Below, piece after piece: positions 27,905 to 41,989 of a DNA stretch of 64,000 bases. The notes beneath the pieces are model-generated. The model was given only the letters and a program-made list of their open reading frames with translations, did no database searches and was not told the origin of the DNA. The translations under genes and the position numbers were made by a program. Where the stretch lies: the NCBI RefSeq assembly GCF_009914755.1, contig NC_060928.1; one strand, given 5' to 3'. Numbering within the stretch: the stretch's first letter is position 1; every line of letters begins with the position of its first letter. Origin of the DNA: the human T2T-CHM13v2.0 reference genome, Homo sapiens.

Positions 27905-28430
27905 CAATCTCAAAGATGCCAAAAGTAAGAAAAAAATTATAAAACTAATTGATCTGGAAACTATAATTATTCATTTAAAAAGTAAGGTTCAAAATGAGGC
28001 ATTTTCTAGGAACAAAATTTTTTGAGAACCTCTCAAGTAATAATACATTGTGAAATACATGGTCACATTTGATGAAGTATGAAGAGTTGAAATTATGATC
28101 CACAATTTAATGATAGAAAAAGCAATATACCAAGAGGTAAAGCTGTTTGCCCAAGTGAGAAACCAGGATAAAACTCAAATGGGTTCCAGGGCTCTTACTA
28201 AGGTATAAGGTGGCCAGATATTATTCAAGATATTTCTCACTTCCTGTTTAGGTTAGACATTTCTCCATTACGAATTAATACACGACAAGAACATCATATT
28301 TAAAGATGCAACCTAAAGTACAGGACACTCTTGATGACCTTCAGGAAGACAGAGATAGTCACCTGTAAGAATAAACTGTGGGACAGGGGGTTAATGTTAA
28401 CTTCTAATTTTGAAATTAACATTTCTTAAC

Positions 28431-28608
28431 TATATGTTCACTATTTCTTGACTTTTCATTATTTGTTTTACCTTCTTAAGGGGAATGATGGTGGAGAATA
28501 AAAAGCTAGGAAAAATAAGTAGAAGGATAAAATCACTTTTTTAACAGTTTCAACCTCAAAGTTATTTTTAAGATAAATGGCATACCAAGGGTATAATCTG
28601 ACTTGACA
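28431..28608 (+). repeat. Dispersed direct repeat, copy 2 (partner 24152-24340)
   Basis: Collinear similarity to 24152-24340. Confidence 0.85.
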
Positions 28609-28869
28609 GTTTAGGCAAGGAAAAAGGGATGTGAAGCTACTCTCTAAACTTCTAATATTATTCCTATTCTCATTTGGAATTGTATCTCCTTTAGCTAGCA
28701 TTAAAATGTATTGAACAAAAGTGAGGTAATTGAATTTTTAGACTGCCCTCTCATTTGCTTATTCTACAAAAATTTATCATACACTGAATAAAGGCTAGGT
28801 ATAGTTCTTGATGAGAAAAATAGAGGAATAGGATGAGGCCTCTGTCTTAATAAAAATATGTGAAACCAC

Positions 28870-29125
28870 TATTAGTAATGGCTAATATTTATTTAATACT
28901 TAGTCTATGCCTGCTTCAGTTTAGATTTTTAAAATGTATTAACTCAATCTTTACAAAGTCCTGTAAGATAGCTTCTATAATTATCTACATTTCATACATA
29001 AAAAGTAGGGCACAGAGAGGTTCAGGGACCTGTCAGAACTCAGTCAATAAATTGGAGAGCTGGAATCTAAACCTAGGTAGGCTGGCTCTTGAGCCTGTGC
29101 TTGTAAGTGCTCTATAATACTGCTT
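28870..29125 (-). mobile_element. MIR SINE, near full length
   Basis: gtaatggctaatatttatttaatactt...gggcacagagaggttcagggacctg...ctggaatctaaacctagg. Confidence 0.8.
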
Positions 29126-30142
29126 ATCCCACTGTGCAAGTTGATATATTATTCCTTGTTAGTGAAATTTGACTAAAATTAACTACAGAGGGCTCAGTTA
29201 CTGGTGTTAACAGAGGCATTGCAAACCTTCATTTTTTCCTCTTTAATAACATGGAACAGATGACTGCCAATTACCAAACTGGGTGTTCTCTCTAATTCTC
29301 CATTTGTACTTCCCAATTCCTTTTTAAAAATATTTTTACTTTAGTAAAGGAATCCTTCTCCTATTATTTTCATAGAAAGGATCCATGCTTGGGGTTGAGA
29401 TTTCCAATCCCCCTCCCCCTTTCAGAATTGATCTTAAGTTCTGATTATTTTCCAAGAAGGATTTCTGTCTTTACGGCATGTATTCAGACCAAGGCACTAA
29501 GAGGGCAAATGGCAGCTCTCCTGAGCTTCTATGCTCTGTGGTTCTTAGGATTTCCCACAGTTCACAGGAAGCTGGTGGATTGCTCGGTGGAAGCAGCTCT
29601 TTTAATTATTGGAGGGTTTGCATGAATGACATGAGGAAAAGTACTCTCTTTAGTGTTGCTTTTGAATGCCCTTGGACCAGCTCTAGAACTAAGCTCCTCA
29701 CTCTCCGAGTGCCACATTACACATGCACCATCACTCCCACCACTGCACCGTTGCTTGGCAACAGCAGTACTTGTTCTACTTGGAAGATGGGAAAGAGACA
29801 AATGGATAACCAAGAAAACCCCAAGCCTTGTAATTTCTCATACCATTTGTAGAAAAGTACAAAGTGAGTGCTCAGCCTCAATGCTATCTCAAAATTGCAG
29901 CCTGAAGGTATTTTTTTGTTACAAGAAAGGAACCATTAGTATCCACCACACTTAAAATCAGGGGCCCCTTTAGCTCTTAAAGTTGCAATAGTTCAGGTAG
30001 TGACTTGTATTTGTAAACGTGATTGCACTGCTAACTACTGGGGGGTGCACTAGTGGTAAATTATCTGATAGTTAAGGTGTAGGTAAATTGATGAAGAAAG
30101 ATCAATCACTTACCTACTCTTTATTGAGAACTTATTAGGAAT

Positions 30143-30370
30143 ACTAATAGCTATTATCTAATGAGTATTTTCTACGTGTGTAGCTTCATGCTAAATGCTC
30201 TATACATCACCTCGTTTAATGCTTATGATTCTTTTGTGAGATAGGATCTATTATTCTTGCCTTAGTGTTAAGAAAATTACTGTTCAAACACCTTAAATAA
30301 ATTGCTCAGTGTCATGCAGAGTGTCAGATTTGAACCTGGGGCTGTTTGACTCCAAAATCTCTTAACCTTT
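30143..30370 (-). mobile_element. MIR SINE
   Basis: taatagctattatctaatgagt...gatttgaacctggggctgtttgactccaaa. Confidence 0.75.
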
Positions 30371-30685
30371 AGGATCATTTATCTCCTGTACTTGCTACTC
30401 ACTAATCCCTGTACCAGGCTCTGAGATACTTTATAATTCTAGCCATTCTAAAAGTTCTCATTACACATTTACTATATGGCAGTACCCAGCTGACTGATTA
30501 AAGCTGTTCCTCTGTTTTATTAATTTCTTTCCTCTTCTTTAACTTTCTTATACTTTCTTTGATAGCTTAGAAATCAGGTAGATATGAATTCAAATATTGT
30601 CTCTACCACTTACAAGTTTACGTGGACATTGGTGAATCAAGTTGCATTGTCCATAATTATTAACGTATAATTGTTATGTCATATT

Positions 30686-31163
30686 TGTCAGGAATGTGAA
30701 GATTCTGAGACTTTCATTTTGTAAGCTAACAAATTAGCTTGCCATACATAGATGCTGGCAGAAAGAGGAGACTTCTAGATCAGAGGCAAAGAAGTTAATT
30801 ACTCACTACATAGCAGACAATAAGATCTTAATGTTCACGTTGGTTTTTCTTGTCCCCAAGTCCCATAGGGCAACGCACAGTGGCCTACGTAGATGAGTCT
30901 GCATCATAGTGGAGGAACTTCGAGATTAGAAAATCTCTACCTTTTAAAGGGGACTACTAACAAGCATGCTCAACATTTGTTCCAGAGGGAGATGTTATCT
31001 TTATTATAACAGCCAAAAAACAAATCTTCCTTCTAATCTGGAGGTAGACTATATCTCACAAGGCTGTTTGCTATACAAACATCCTTTAAAAGCTAATTCA
31101 GAACAGTGGTTTATTCAAGACATGCAGAAATGTGAGAGACACATGGATAATTGTCTCCCAAAA
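30686..31163 (-). mobile_element. LTR40a-like ERVL solo LTR inserted in a MIR
   Basis: caaggctgtttgctatacaaacatcc...aagacatgcagaaatgtgagagacacatggataattgtctccca matches the reverse complement of the recalled LTR40 5' end. Confidence 0.8.
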
Positions 31164-31284
31164 GGATTATCAAATTGTCAGAAAGTGTTATGAGAAAATT
31201 GCCTGCATAGTGTCTGCCTTAAGAGCAAAATCAATCATGTTTCATGAGTGAATAAATGAAAGAATGAAGGAACAATTGATTGAT

Positions 31285-31465
31285 ACTAGAATCCGAACAA
31301 GTAGATGCACTTGAAGATCAAAAATATCTTCATTTCACAGTTTTTAGCTGTGGGGTCTTGGACATGTAACATAACTTTTATGATTCTCACATTTTTCATC
31401 TATAAAATGGGAAATGAACATGAACTCTTCAGAGTTATGGTGATAATTACATATGATTCTCCCTG
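31285..31465 (+). mobile_element. MIR SINE followed by TA-rich tract (to ~31540)
   Basis: tagctgtggggtcttggacatg...tttttcatctataaaatgggaa. Confidence 0.7.
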
Positions 31466-32419
31466 TGTATACACATATAGGTATATACATACGTTTATAT
31501 ACGCTTATATATGTAAATATGTCTATATGTAATATTATATGTCACAGGCAGGCAATATATTATTGTGGACTCTTGTTTTAAGGTAATAGAAGTAAATTTG
31601 AGGAAACTTCAGCAGACAAAAGAGAGGAAACATGGATATTTTTTGGAATCCAAGTGTAAATGTGCCTCTTTATCAGGAAAGATAGAAAAGAAGTACTAGA
31701 AAAATATGGGCATCTCTTCTGTTTCTTGTGAATTTTTGTTTGTTTCTTTCTTTTTCAGTGTGTCTAACTCCTTTTTTTTCTCTAAGTTATCTTTCTCTTG
31801 CTTCTGGTACACATGGCAGAAGATGTTTGGACCTAGCCAAAGAGGAAGACATGCTATTTCCACTTGGTAAAGTAGAATTCCAGTTTCTTGGAGGAAGAAA
31901 TAATATTTGGTTTATTGGGTTAGATGTTTACCTTGGATTGATCTACTATGGCCCAGGGCTGGTGAGGTAGGAAGGTGCAGGAGCTGGACATAGAAAACCT
32001 ATCTCTATGAAGCCATCTCTGTCAGAGAAAGATAGGGATAGGGGTCAGGCAGCTCCTGAAGAAGACTGGTAGACAGTAACCATGATATAATGTTGTTACT
32101 CCTATTATGCCATGGTTTGAGTTGGGTTTCTATGACTTACAAAAAAAAAAAAAAGAGTCTTGACTAACACAGAATTAATAGGAAGAGAAGAGTTGGGATA
32201 GGTGTGAAGACTGGGGAGTCATGTTTTTAAAACAGAAAATGAACGTGTAGTGTTATATCTGGGAGAAGAGCAGAAACGAACACATTTTCCAAGGGTAGCT
32301 ACTTTTCCTGTATTGAAACAAGTAGAGAACGTAATAAAAGTCTACACATTTCTATATGTTCTCTCTCATTACTGGTAGAACCTGGTTATGTTTCAGAGTC
32401 TGTGTGAAGGGCAGGCAGG

Positions 32420-32830
32420 AAGAAAAGTGATGTGGTTGAGGAGAAGGGGAGAGTAGCGTGGTGAGAATAATGGCTAGAGAACAGAGAAGGAATCAGATCA
32501 TGCACATAGCTGTGGATCATGCTTCACCTTTATCTAAGAGCACTTAGGAACCATTGAATGGCTTTTGAGGGAGAATGACATGATCTCATACAAATGTCAG
32601 AAATGGCACCCTTGTTGCAGAGTAGAAAATGGTAGAAAGGGAGAAAGAAGGCCGGTTAGGAGTTACTGGGGGAGAGAGGTAATGGTAAACTGGGCCAACA
32701 TGGTGAGAACAATGAGGGAAAGAAGAGGGTGGACTTTAGAGCTGGTTACAAGGTAGTTTCGAGGTAGCTTGGTAATTGGCCAAATGTGAGGAAAAAGTGG
32801 CAGTGACGAAGATAAGCGTGATGCAGCACC
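32420..32830 (-). mobile_element. L2 fragment
   Basis: gaaccattgaatggcttttgagggagaatgacatgatc...gttaggagttactg. Confidence 0.65.
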
Positions 32831-34473
32831 ATGGCCAGTCTCATAATCCAAGAGAGTGCTGCAGAATTTAAGGCCTATTTGAAGCTTTCTAGAAGATGCA
32901 TATTTCTGGGCAAATTCATGAAGCTCAGGTAACCTTTAATAGTTTAAGAAGCAAATAAATAAAACAAAACAAAACCAAAACAGAACCCTCCTGAGGCAAC
33001 ATGATTTTCATGAAAATGCACTGGGATGAAGAGCAAGGCTGAGGCTGTTTACCCATCTAGGTCACGGAATAGCTTTGACATTTTCATCTCTCTGAAACTT
33101 AGTTTTTACATATTTTTCAGAAGAAAAAGAATCGAATAGCTGGGCCACAGTGTTATAGGATTTATGCAGGTAAGAGAACAAAGTTTTGGAATATGATTCT
33201 TTTGTTATTTTCCAGTTGTGTGATCTTGGGCAAGTCACTCAGATAACTTATTTTTCTTCCCTTTATAATCAATATCTTATAATAATATATACCTTGTGCT
33301 GATTCCTATTAAGCATATTGACAAGTGTCAGGCACATAGTAAGTAAGGGCTTCATAAATGTTAGAATCATTTTGAATATTATCATCTTCCATTACAAATG
33401 AGGAAAGGGAACTTTAGAGCACTTAAGAAATATTCTAGGGGCTCACAAATAGTGAATAAAAAAGGTTAGGATTTAATCTCACGTCAATCAGAGGCTGTCC
33501 TCTAAATGTAAACTGTCTCTTTGCAGAATTTGACCAGGGTAGCCCAGGAGATGTTCATGTGTGGGACTGCTTGTCACCAGCAGGGAATGGGTATTTAGAA
33601 GGTTTTTGGCTGTATTGGTCTCCTTGGAACTCTTATTTATTTTGTGTTCATCAAGTATGGCAAAACACATGATATTAATTAACAGTAGTTACAAATTCAG
33701 GTCATAGACAACAAGGTGGGAACAATTTTTTGTCAGCTAAAGCAAAAGCATCTTGAACACTAGCATAGGCTTCTATGCATGGGTGATAGAATGGAAACTA
33801 ATGATTACCTACTGCATAGTTCATTTACCCAAAAACCTCCAGGCAGTCATTTGGATCAAGTATATAGAAAAGGTAAAGCCAGGCCTCGAATCTGATGGCA
33901 ATAATTATTCATGATGCAGAAGGAAAGGGTAATTTTTGAAGTATATTTGATCTGTGCTGGACAATGAGGGGAAATGTAACAAATTCAAATGCATTCAGAA
34001 TCCAAGGAAAATCTTTACCCAAAAGGAGAAAACCAGATTCTCTCCTTTAACCAGCTTAAGTTCTCCTTGGACTCCAAATGCATTACATCTAAGCCTGGTG
34101 GTTTGGTGGAAAGACTGTCAAGTTAGACACATAGAGATTCTGATCTTAAACGTTGGTTCTCTAAGTTGTGTGACCTTAGACAAGTTATATCTGCTGTGTG
34201 TATTTCTGTTTCATCTTGCGATAACTGCAGTAGTTGGGCTTAATTAGATGATTTCAAACTTCTCCCTCACAGATTATATACTTTTTATTATTTTAATTTA
34301 TTAAATAATGACACCCAGTAGCGCACAATTCGTTCTTCATTTTTACTAATCAGACACAAAATTGTCAATGTGAACATCTAATCATAGTAAAATAACCCAA
34401 TTTTTTTTCCTATCAGTCTGGACAAGTATAAAGCAACCCCATATTTAGATAGTCCAAGAATCTTTAGGGTGAG

Positions 34474-34898
34474 TGATATAGTTTGGGTGTCTTTTTCCCA
34501 CCCAGATCTCATATTGAATTGTAATCCCCAATACTGGAGGTGGGGCCTTGTGGGAGGTGTTTTAATTATGGATCCTTCATGAATGGCCTGCACCACCCCA
34601 TTGGTGATAAGCGAACTCTTGCTCTGAGTTCACAGGAGATACGATCGTTTAATGGTATGTGGCACCTCCTGAGTCACCCCTCTCTCTCTTGCTTTTTTCT
34701 GCTTTTGCCATGTGACATACCAGCTCCCCCTTCGTCTTCCACCATGATTGTAAGCTTCCTGAGGCCTCACTAGAAGATGAACAGATGCCAACACCATGCT
34801 TCCTGTAAAATCTTCAGAACTGTGAGCCAATTAAACCTCTTTTCTTTATAAATTGCCCAGTCTCAGGTATTTATAGCAACGCAAGAATGGCCTAGACA
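34474..34898 (+). mobile_element. MSTB-like MaLR solo LTR
   Basis: tgatatagtttgg...cagatgccaacaccatgcttcctgta...gaactgtgagccaattaaacctc; TSD gtgag/gggag. Confidence 0.92.
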
Positions 34899-34989
34899 GG
34901 GAGTAAACAAAACAATCTGTAAAGAAATAAAAATTCACTATCTCTTCTTCACAGCCTAGAGTCTCTTTGTGTTAGAGTCTCTTTTGATA

Positions 34990-35425
34990 CCTCTCATTTT
35001 ATGTGCTGCTACTCTCCTTTCACTTACTGTTCCAAAACAACACAAGCTTCTGTTAAATTCTGTAGTCATCAAGCACTTTCCATTACTAAGCTTTATTCAG
35101 ATTGTTTTCTTATATTGTTCTTCTTCCAGCTTTAGTTTAAGTGCCACCTCCTCAGAGAAGTCCTTGGGTCCATATTATCCAAGTTGATTTTCCCTTGCTA
35201 ATTTGTATAACTTAATTGAGCATGTTTTCTGTTTGTTATCTTTACGTATGTTATCTTTTATATCTATGGATATATTTGTTAATTTATTTATTTGTTGTAT
35301 CTTTTCCCCATTTGTGTGAAACCTCTTGAAAGACAGCACCATGTTTGCTTGTTTTTTTGTTAGGTTTAACCAGTCTATCCTAGCATGATACCTGGCATAA
35401 AGCTGACAATAACTTTGTTGGGTGG
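34990..35425 (+). mobile_element. L2 3' fragment
   Basis: agtgccacctcctcagagaagtcc...cctagcatgatacctggcata. Confidence 0.65.
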
Positions 35426-35565
35426 AGAAACACTTTAAAATAAGAAGCCTTCATAAAACATGGAAAGTAATTTTGATGTGTTCTCTACTAGTTTTAGAAA
35501 CTGCTAAGAATATGAAGAATCCAAGGGATTAGTTGGTCCTAAGGTCTGTTCAACCTGAAATAAGA

Positions 35566-35781
35566 CAGAGTTCCTCATGTCAGCATTATTGACATTTTGA
35601 GCCAGATAATTCATTGTGATGGGGGCTGTCCTGTGCAATGTAGGATGCTTAACAGCATCTCTGATTTCTACCCACTAGATGACATTAGCATCTCTGCCAC
35701 CAATTGTGACAATCAAACATGCTTGCAGACTTAGTCAAATGTCTCCTAGGGAACAAAATTGCCCCTGATTGAAAACCTCTG
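35566..35781 (-). mobile_element. MER20, full length
   Basis: attattgacattttgagccagataattc...caaaattgcccctgattgaaaacctctg. Confidence 0.92.
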
Positions 35782-35959
35782 ATCTAATATGACAAATTAA
35801 AGCAAGAAAAAGTAAAATGTTAGCAGGTTACAAGGTACATTGATTTTGAACACTGAGACCATTTCTCTTTGTCTGTTTTATGAACAGATTTCATTAACAA
35901 TCATTTTAATAATAATTATTTTAGTAATGTTCCTGTCTTGCCATGAACATGAGAGAGTT

Positions 35960-36540
35960 TATCAGCCAAGAATTGTAACATAGCAACAACAGAAACTTTC
36001 TTTGACCAACATAAGAAGGAAAGGACTTTATTAAAGGGCTTTTAGAGAACTACAGAATCACCACCAGGAAGGTTGGAGAACCGGTTGCAGAAAATGAGCC
36101 ACGGCAAGGAAGGCTCGGCCACCAGGACCTCAGCTAAAATTGTGCCCAATATGAGTTTGGCAGGCATTGCTATTGTTACTCATGAATGCTAGATATTCCA
36201 GCTTACACCCCTCCTGTGGTCACCTTGGGTACTGCTGCCCTGGTATATGGACATTGCTGCCACCATTGCCACTGTCGGCCAGAATGTGTTCTCTGGAGCC
36301 CCATTTCTGTGTATTCTTTCTTTTCAATTAAATGATGTGTGCATTTAATTTGCTGAGACCAGGACATGTGCCAACTTCCAAAATGCAAGTGGGGCTAGAA
36401 AAGTGTGTATCTGGTCTTTTGGCTTCTAAAAGAAAGGCAGACTCTGCCTTTCACCTGGACCATATGGTGGTGAATTGGTGAATTCACTAAGCATAGAAAA
36501 TAGTTTAGATTCCAGAATGCCCCAAAGCAACTAATATGTA
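35960..36540 (-). mobile_element. Old MLT1 (N/O/L-like) LTR
   Basis: tagcaacaacagaaac...ctacagaatc..ggaaggttggagaacc...tgcaagtggggctagaaaagtgtgtatctgg. Confidence 0.55.
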
Positions 36541-37459
36541 CTAATTAAGAGATAAAATATAGCAATAATCAAAGTGTTCACAATGGAATAGAGCCTGTTA
36601 TAGATCCCTCTCATCTGTCAAAGGATTAAACATTTGATGTGATGTGGCATATGCAGCCTGTTTTTCTCAGGACACATTTGTCAGTCTCTTTATTTAGAAG
36701 TGACATTGCACAAACTAAACTTCAGCATCCCACTGCCTTTTCCTCCCTTGACTATGTCTGTGGTGGAACTGTGAGAGACAAAGCCATTCTGTGAATATCT
36801 GGTGAGTCCTGAATAGGCACTGCAAGGCCCATTTTCTTGATGCTATTCCCCAAGGGGCACTGAAGTGGTCTGAACATGGAAAGTCACATGATGTGCTAGC
36901 CACCAAAGTGCAGCAGCATTTGCTGGGTCTCCAATTTGACCTCATTGCATTTCAATGTGAAAATTCTGTTCTCTGTGGGCTAGACTGCATGACAAACAGG
37001 CAGGGCCTTTATGGATAATTCAAGCTCCAGTAGTTTCTCAGCTCAGATGGAACCGCACTGGCTTTGCTAGACTGGAAAACAGATTATAAACTGCAAACTC
37101 ATTTATTCTACAAATGTTTGCTGTGCTTAGGCAAAGCAGTTTCCCATAATTTCTTCATTTCCTTCTAGAGTCAAATTGGCTCTCTTTGAACATTTTCTCA
37201 TAAGATAGTTCCAGTGAATATTAGAGCTGGAAAGAATAAAAGAATTGTGCTTTGTCTGCATGAACAGAGTGGGGGACATAACTTTTCTTCATTTGTAATA
37301 TGCTGACCATGGTTTATTCAGAGTTTGCTCGGCTATGCTGCAGTAACCAATTAACCCCCAAATCTCAATGATTTAACACCACATGAAGTTATTTCCCAGC
37401 CACACCTCATGTCCAACATGCTTTGCCACAGGCTTCTGCTCCATCCAATTTAGTGTCAC

Positions 37460-39290
37460 AAATATCTACAGAGCTTTATATGAACACAGAGGAATGGTAC
37501 CTAACCTAGCTTGGACTGAAGTACAGAGACTTTCTGGAAGACGTGAAGCGTGAGATAAGACTTCAAATATGAGAAGCCATTAGCAAGAGTTGCTTTAACT
37601 TAAGCAAAATTACCGAAGCAAAAAAAAAAAGCAAGGGTTTGTGCAGAAAACTGGTATCACTAATCATGAAGTTAGAGATGCAAAAAGACAAAGAATAAGG
37701 GTAGAAAGGGATAAATTTATGGAAGCTTCAAGTTATCTTAAAATGTTAGGTTTTTATACACAGTGGGGAGTCTTTGAAGGGGTTTGCATCAGAGTATGAA
37801 ATGATCTGACTGTTGTTTCTAAAAAGATACATTTGACTGCACTGTGGAGAATAGAATGGGTTGGAAAGGCCTGGTGGCAAAGAAATTGGTAGGAGGCTTT
37901 CTGTAATCCATGGTGGAGATTATGAGTGAGGAAACTGGTTAGTATGGAGAGGGAGAAAGGAGCCAAGAAATATTTGAAAGTGCAGTGGCAGAGCACATTT
38001 AGTGATTGACAGGATGGAGAATGGTAAGGGAAAGGAGGCATGGATCTTTGGTTTTTAGTTTGATACCTGCATGTATAATGGCTCTGGAATACAGATTAAA
38101 AGACGATGAAAAATCTTGGGGGAGTATAATTAATTCAGATTTTGATCAATGAATTTGAAGCCTCAATAAGACACCAATAAGAACATAATGTGAGTAGGCA
38201 GTCTGGTCAAAATTTTTGTAACTAATGTTAAAAGTCCGATATGAATGTATATTTAAAGAGGCATCAGCCTATGGGTGGCAATATCAGTCTTTAAAGTACA
38301 TAACATCACTCTTAGCAATTTGTTTACTGAGAGGTTCAGCAGCCTGACAAAAAAACTCCAGGTAGTGCTTCCACTTGAGTGGTGCACAGTGGAAGATGAA
38401 GCAGACAATTGAGTCGATTGAGAAGAAGCCATCACAGAGGTAGGAAAAATAAAGAAACTAAGAGTTGTGATGGGTTAAGGACATCAAGGCATTAAAGTAG
38501 ATGGCTCATCGGTGGTGTGAAATGCAGCAGAACAATCCAGGAAAGTAAAGACGGAAAGATATCTATCAGATTTAATAGCAATGTCATTGACCATCTTAGT
38601 TTGCATCAACTGCAGTGGATTTATTTATACAATCACCAAATATTTATTTATTAAGTAATTACCATGTGTCAGGCCCTGGGTTTAGCATTAGGAATGAGAG
38701 TTAACAAAACAGATATAGTTAGGCCCCTGTGGAGTTTGAAGTTTAGTGGAAGATATGAACAATAACAGTCACATGAAAAATATATAGTTAAATTTTGATG
38801 TGTTGTAAAGACAAACATTTAGAAATAAATTAGAAGTCACTGCAGATTATTCTTCCAAGAGTATACAATGATAGGTTACTCTACAGGGTCCTATAGGGAC
38901 TGAACTGCACCTATGGGAGGAGTCCAGTCTGAATGTTAAGGATGCATTTTTAGGATGAAAGAGATTTTAATGAGTTTGTGGGCTAAAGAGATAAACATAC
39001 ATAGCAGTAAAGATATAGGAAAAAAGACAATAAGTGATATTTCAAGGTCTGGAAGAAGAAAAGGAGCTCAAGGTTCACATAGAGGATTTGGCGTTAGATA
39101 AGAAAAAGAAAACTGTTCCTCTGAACAGGAGGATACAAGGCTGAAAAGAACAGTGGAAAACTTGTCGGGGTGTGGAGGAGAGGGGAGTTGTTATTCTTAA
39201 TGAAGTAAGAGACAAGTGTATTTGATAAGGATGAGAAAGGTAGCATTTAAGTAGAAGAGTCTGGGGAAATGTAAAATGGGTAGCCATTTA
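37460..39290 (-). mobile_element. Long degraded L2 region (more than one fragment)
   Basis: gtggggagtctttgaaggggtttg..atgatctgac, ctgcactgtggagaataga, second L2 tail at ~38630-38760. Confidence 0.65.
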
Positions 39291-39339
39291 AAAACAAAGA
39301 GACTATTTTTAAAATAAATGGATAACTTGTTTTGGGGCT

Positions 39340-39737
39340 ATACTTGTTTTCTGACCTCTTCGGAGACAAGGCAATGTGTTCACCAAACTTGAACCCTCAG
39401 CAAACCAACATATTCCAGGACCTCTTATAGTGTGGTGTGCACCATGTGTCTGGGTTCTGGTGAATGTAAGATACACAGAAGTGATGTAAAATACTTCCAG
39501 GTTTGGCTTCTGCAAGTATCTCCCATGACTCTCCACCCTTGGAAAACACTAGTTTCAGATTTGGGGTCCTTTAGTCACCATATGGAAGAGACTCCCAAGG
39601 GCAGCTAAGATTACTCAGTTTTACTCAGTTTAACTGTGATTTGAGTGAAAAATGGATTTTTATGCCACTTAAGTTACTGAGTTTTTTGGTATATTTGTTA
39701 CTGTTACATAAGCTAGCTTGTCCTTCCTGACTAATAT
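39340..39737 (+). mobile_element. MLT1 (H/J-like) LTR
   Basis: cagaagtgatgtaaaatacttccagg...ttaagttactgagttttttggtatatttgttactg...cctgactaata. Confidence 0.7.
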
Positions 39738-40469
39738 AATTACTACTACAATGTTGTATTCATTTATTCCTAGATTCATAAAGTGTTTTGTTTCATTTTG
39801 TTTTTGCCTTGTAGTTGTTGTTTCTGTGTTGTTTTGAATCAGGCATGCGTTTGACAAGATACTATTGTGCCTCTTCCTGAATGTCTTGTCTATTGCTTTT
39901 GGAAAACAATGAATAAAGGTCTGAAACATAGGATTTAGGCAGACAAAGACAGCACTTCTTGAGAGTGCAATTTGTCCTATTGATGAGATCCTACACTCAA
40001 CTACTTGGACCCATTTCCCAACCTATTTCAAAATAAAATTGCTACTCTCCACATGTTCCTCAGAACATAGGTCTCCTCGAAGAAGCAGGTATTGATTGGC
40101 AAAGACACAAAGAGAAAATACATTTATTTCTTGCAATAAATAACTATACCTTCCAATTATTTCTGACAGAATAGACATGTAATATGAGTCCTTTCAGAAT
40201 CCGACCATCCAAGATTATAGAGCTTAGAGGCCATCACTTTAGCCCTCATTTTTCTTTATACATAAGAGCTTTCCCTACCCTGTTCTACTCTTTCCTGTAT
40301 AAAATACTCAAAATTCTCTGCCTTCCTTTTTACCAGGGCTGAAGTTTTTCCATTAGTCTGAGGATAAATAAAAACACACAGCCAGGCATCCACATAAATT
40401 TGTGGTCAGATTAACAAGTGTTTGAAAGAAATTTCTGATAATTTCTCCCTCTGATTTTAAAACTTTCCT

Positions 40470-40670
40470 AAACATAAGAGCTTTTAATCTTTGTAACTTT
40501 GGGTAATTATTTAACCTTCTTACTCCTTTGTTTCTTCATCCATAGAATGGGAGTATTCCCATTTCTATCCACAATGGCAGTATACATTCTATTAAATATT
40601 TGTAACACATTTAGCACAGATTTTGGCACATGGTCTTAAAATTCTGTTAAAGTTAACAAAAAGTTAACTA
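40470..40670 (+). mobile_element. MIR SINE
   Basis: gtaactttgggtaattatttaacc...tttcttcatccatagaatgggag. Confidence 0.7.
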
Positions 40671-40744
40671 TCATATGTGAATACCTAATATATGGTGGGA
40701 ATTTATTTATTTATTTTTTTGCAGATTTTATTTAATCCTTAGAA

Positions 40745-40952
40745 CATTGCTGTCAAATAGAACTTTCAGTAATCATGGAGATCTTCTATATCTGTTCTGT
40801 TCAATATGACAGCTACCAATCACATGTGGCTGTTGAGCTCTTCAAATGTGGCTAGTCCAAGGAGGGAACTGATATTTAACATTATTTAATTTTAACTGAT
40901 TTAAATTGTGATAGCCATATGTGGTTAGTATCTACTATGTTGCCCAACGCAG
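40745..40952 (+). mobile_element. MER3 (hAT-Charlie) full length, inserted in an antisense MIR
   Basis: gctgtcaaatagaactttc...cacatgtggctgttgagc; perfect 8-bp hAT TSD ccttagaa (40737-40744, 40953-40960). Confidence 0.95.
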
Positions 40953-41989
40953 CCTTAGAACAACAATCAAAGACAATATTATCTTCGTTTTATAGATTAG
41001 AAAATAGTGCCAGAAATGTTAGGTGACCTGTTTAGGGTTATTCAGCTGGCAAACACATGAGCTGGGATTTGCCCCATTTCCTGACCATGCTCTTTCCTCT
41101 TCACCCTGTTGCTTCTGAGAACGTTAACATTTGTGAATACTTTAGTTCCCTTAAGTACAACAGTTTTGCATTTATTTTAAATACCCCTTCTGATGCTATA
41201 ATCCTTGAATTGAAAAAGAGACTTGTGACATAGCTTAGTTCAACTTCCTTCTCCCTAGCTCAGGAATGTCCTTTGAGTTTTCCCATAGCAGATCTTCCAA
41301 AGTCCTACCTAATACTAGCAGTGTCTGATGGTTCGTGACCTTACGGCATCACCTGTGTTGTTAATACCAACTGCTTCCTTATCCTGTAATAAACAGCAAC
41401 TTGACTCCATGTGTCATGAGGTTAATAGTTGAGATCAGATTCAACTGCTAAAATAGTTGACATCAGATTCAAGTGCCTCCTCAGCCCATCAAAGTCACTG
41501 TCAAACAATCAGGTATGAGCCTGTCTTATTTTGTGGGTACAGGGAGACATAAAATGAGAATGAGGTGATGAGTAGGGGAGGGGTCAAAGCCACTGGAAAG
41601 CCAATCCAGGATGTTTACAATGATGGCATATGTTGATTCCAGGTCATTTTGCCAGAGTATAATTCACTCGCTTACATGAATGTGTTCATGGTATGATTAA
41701 CACAACAGAAAACAGAGCCACGGACTTATTTGAAAGGAGAGTAAGAGAATAAGTGAAGAAGCTTAAGGCTGGAGAGTGATCAAATATAAGGACTAGAATA
41801 TTTTGCTTTACAAATAAAAGGGCTGTTCTCTCTTAGTTTGGATGGCATGGTTTTCATTATGGCTCTGCAAGAGGCCTCCGGGGTGGGGGACACAGTGGAA
41901 AATGCTTAAAGACTAGAATCAGAAAATTCGACTCTGCCTGACACGTTTAGGTTTCCATGCTCCATTCTTTCTTCATAACAATGATTTCA

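Noticed and set aside
29389-29955. Cluster of four overlapping ORFs in repeat-poor DNA
   Set aside because: No recognisable protein similarity or convincing exon structure; could be regulatory, but nothing specific is visible
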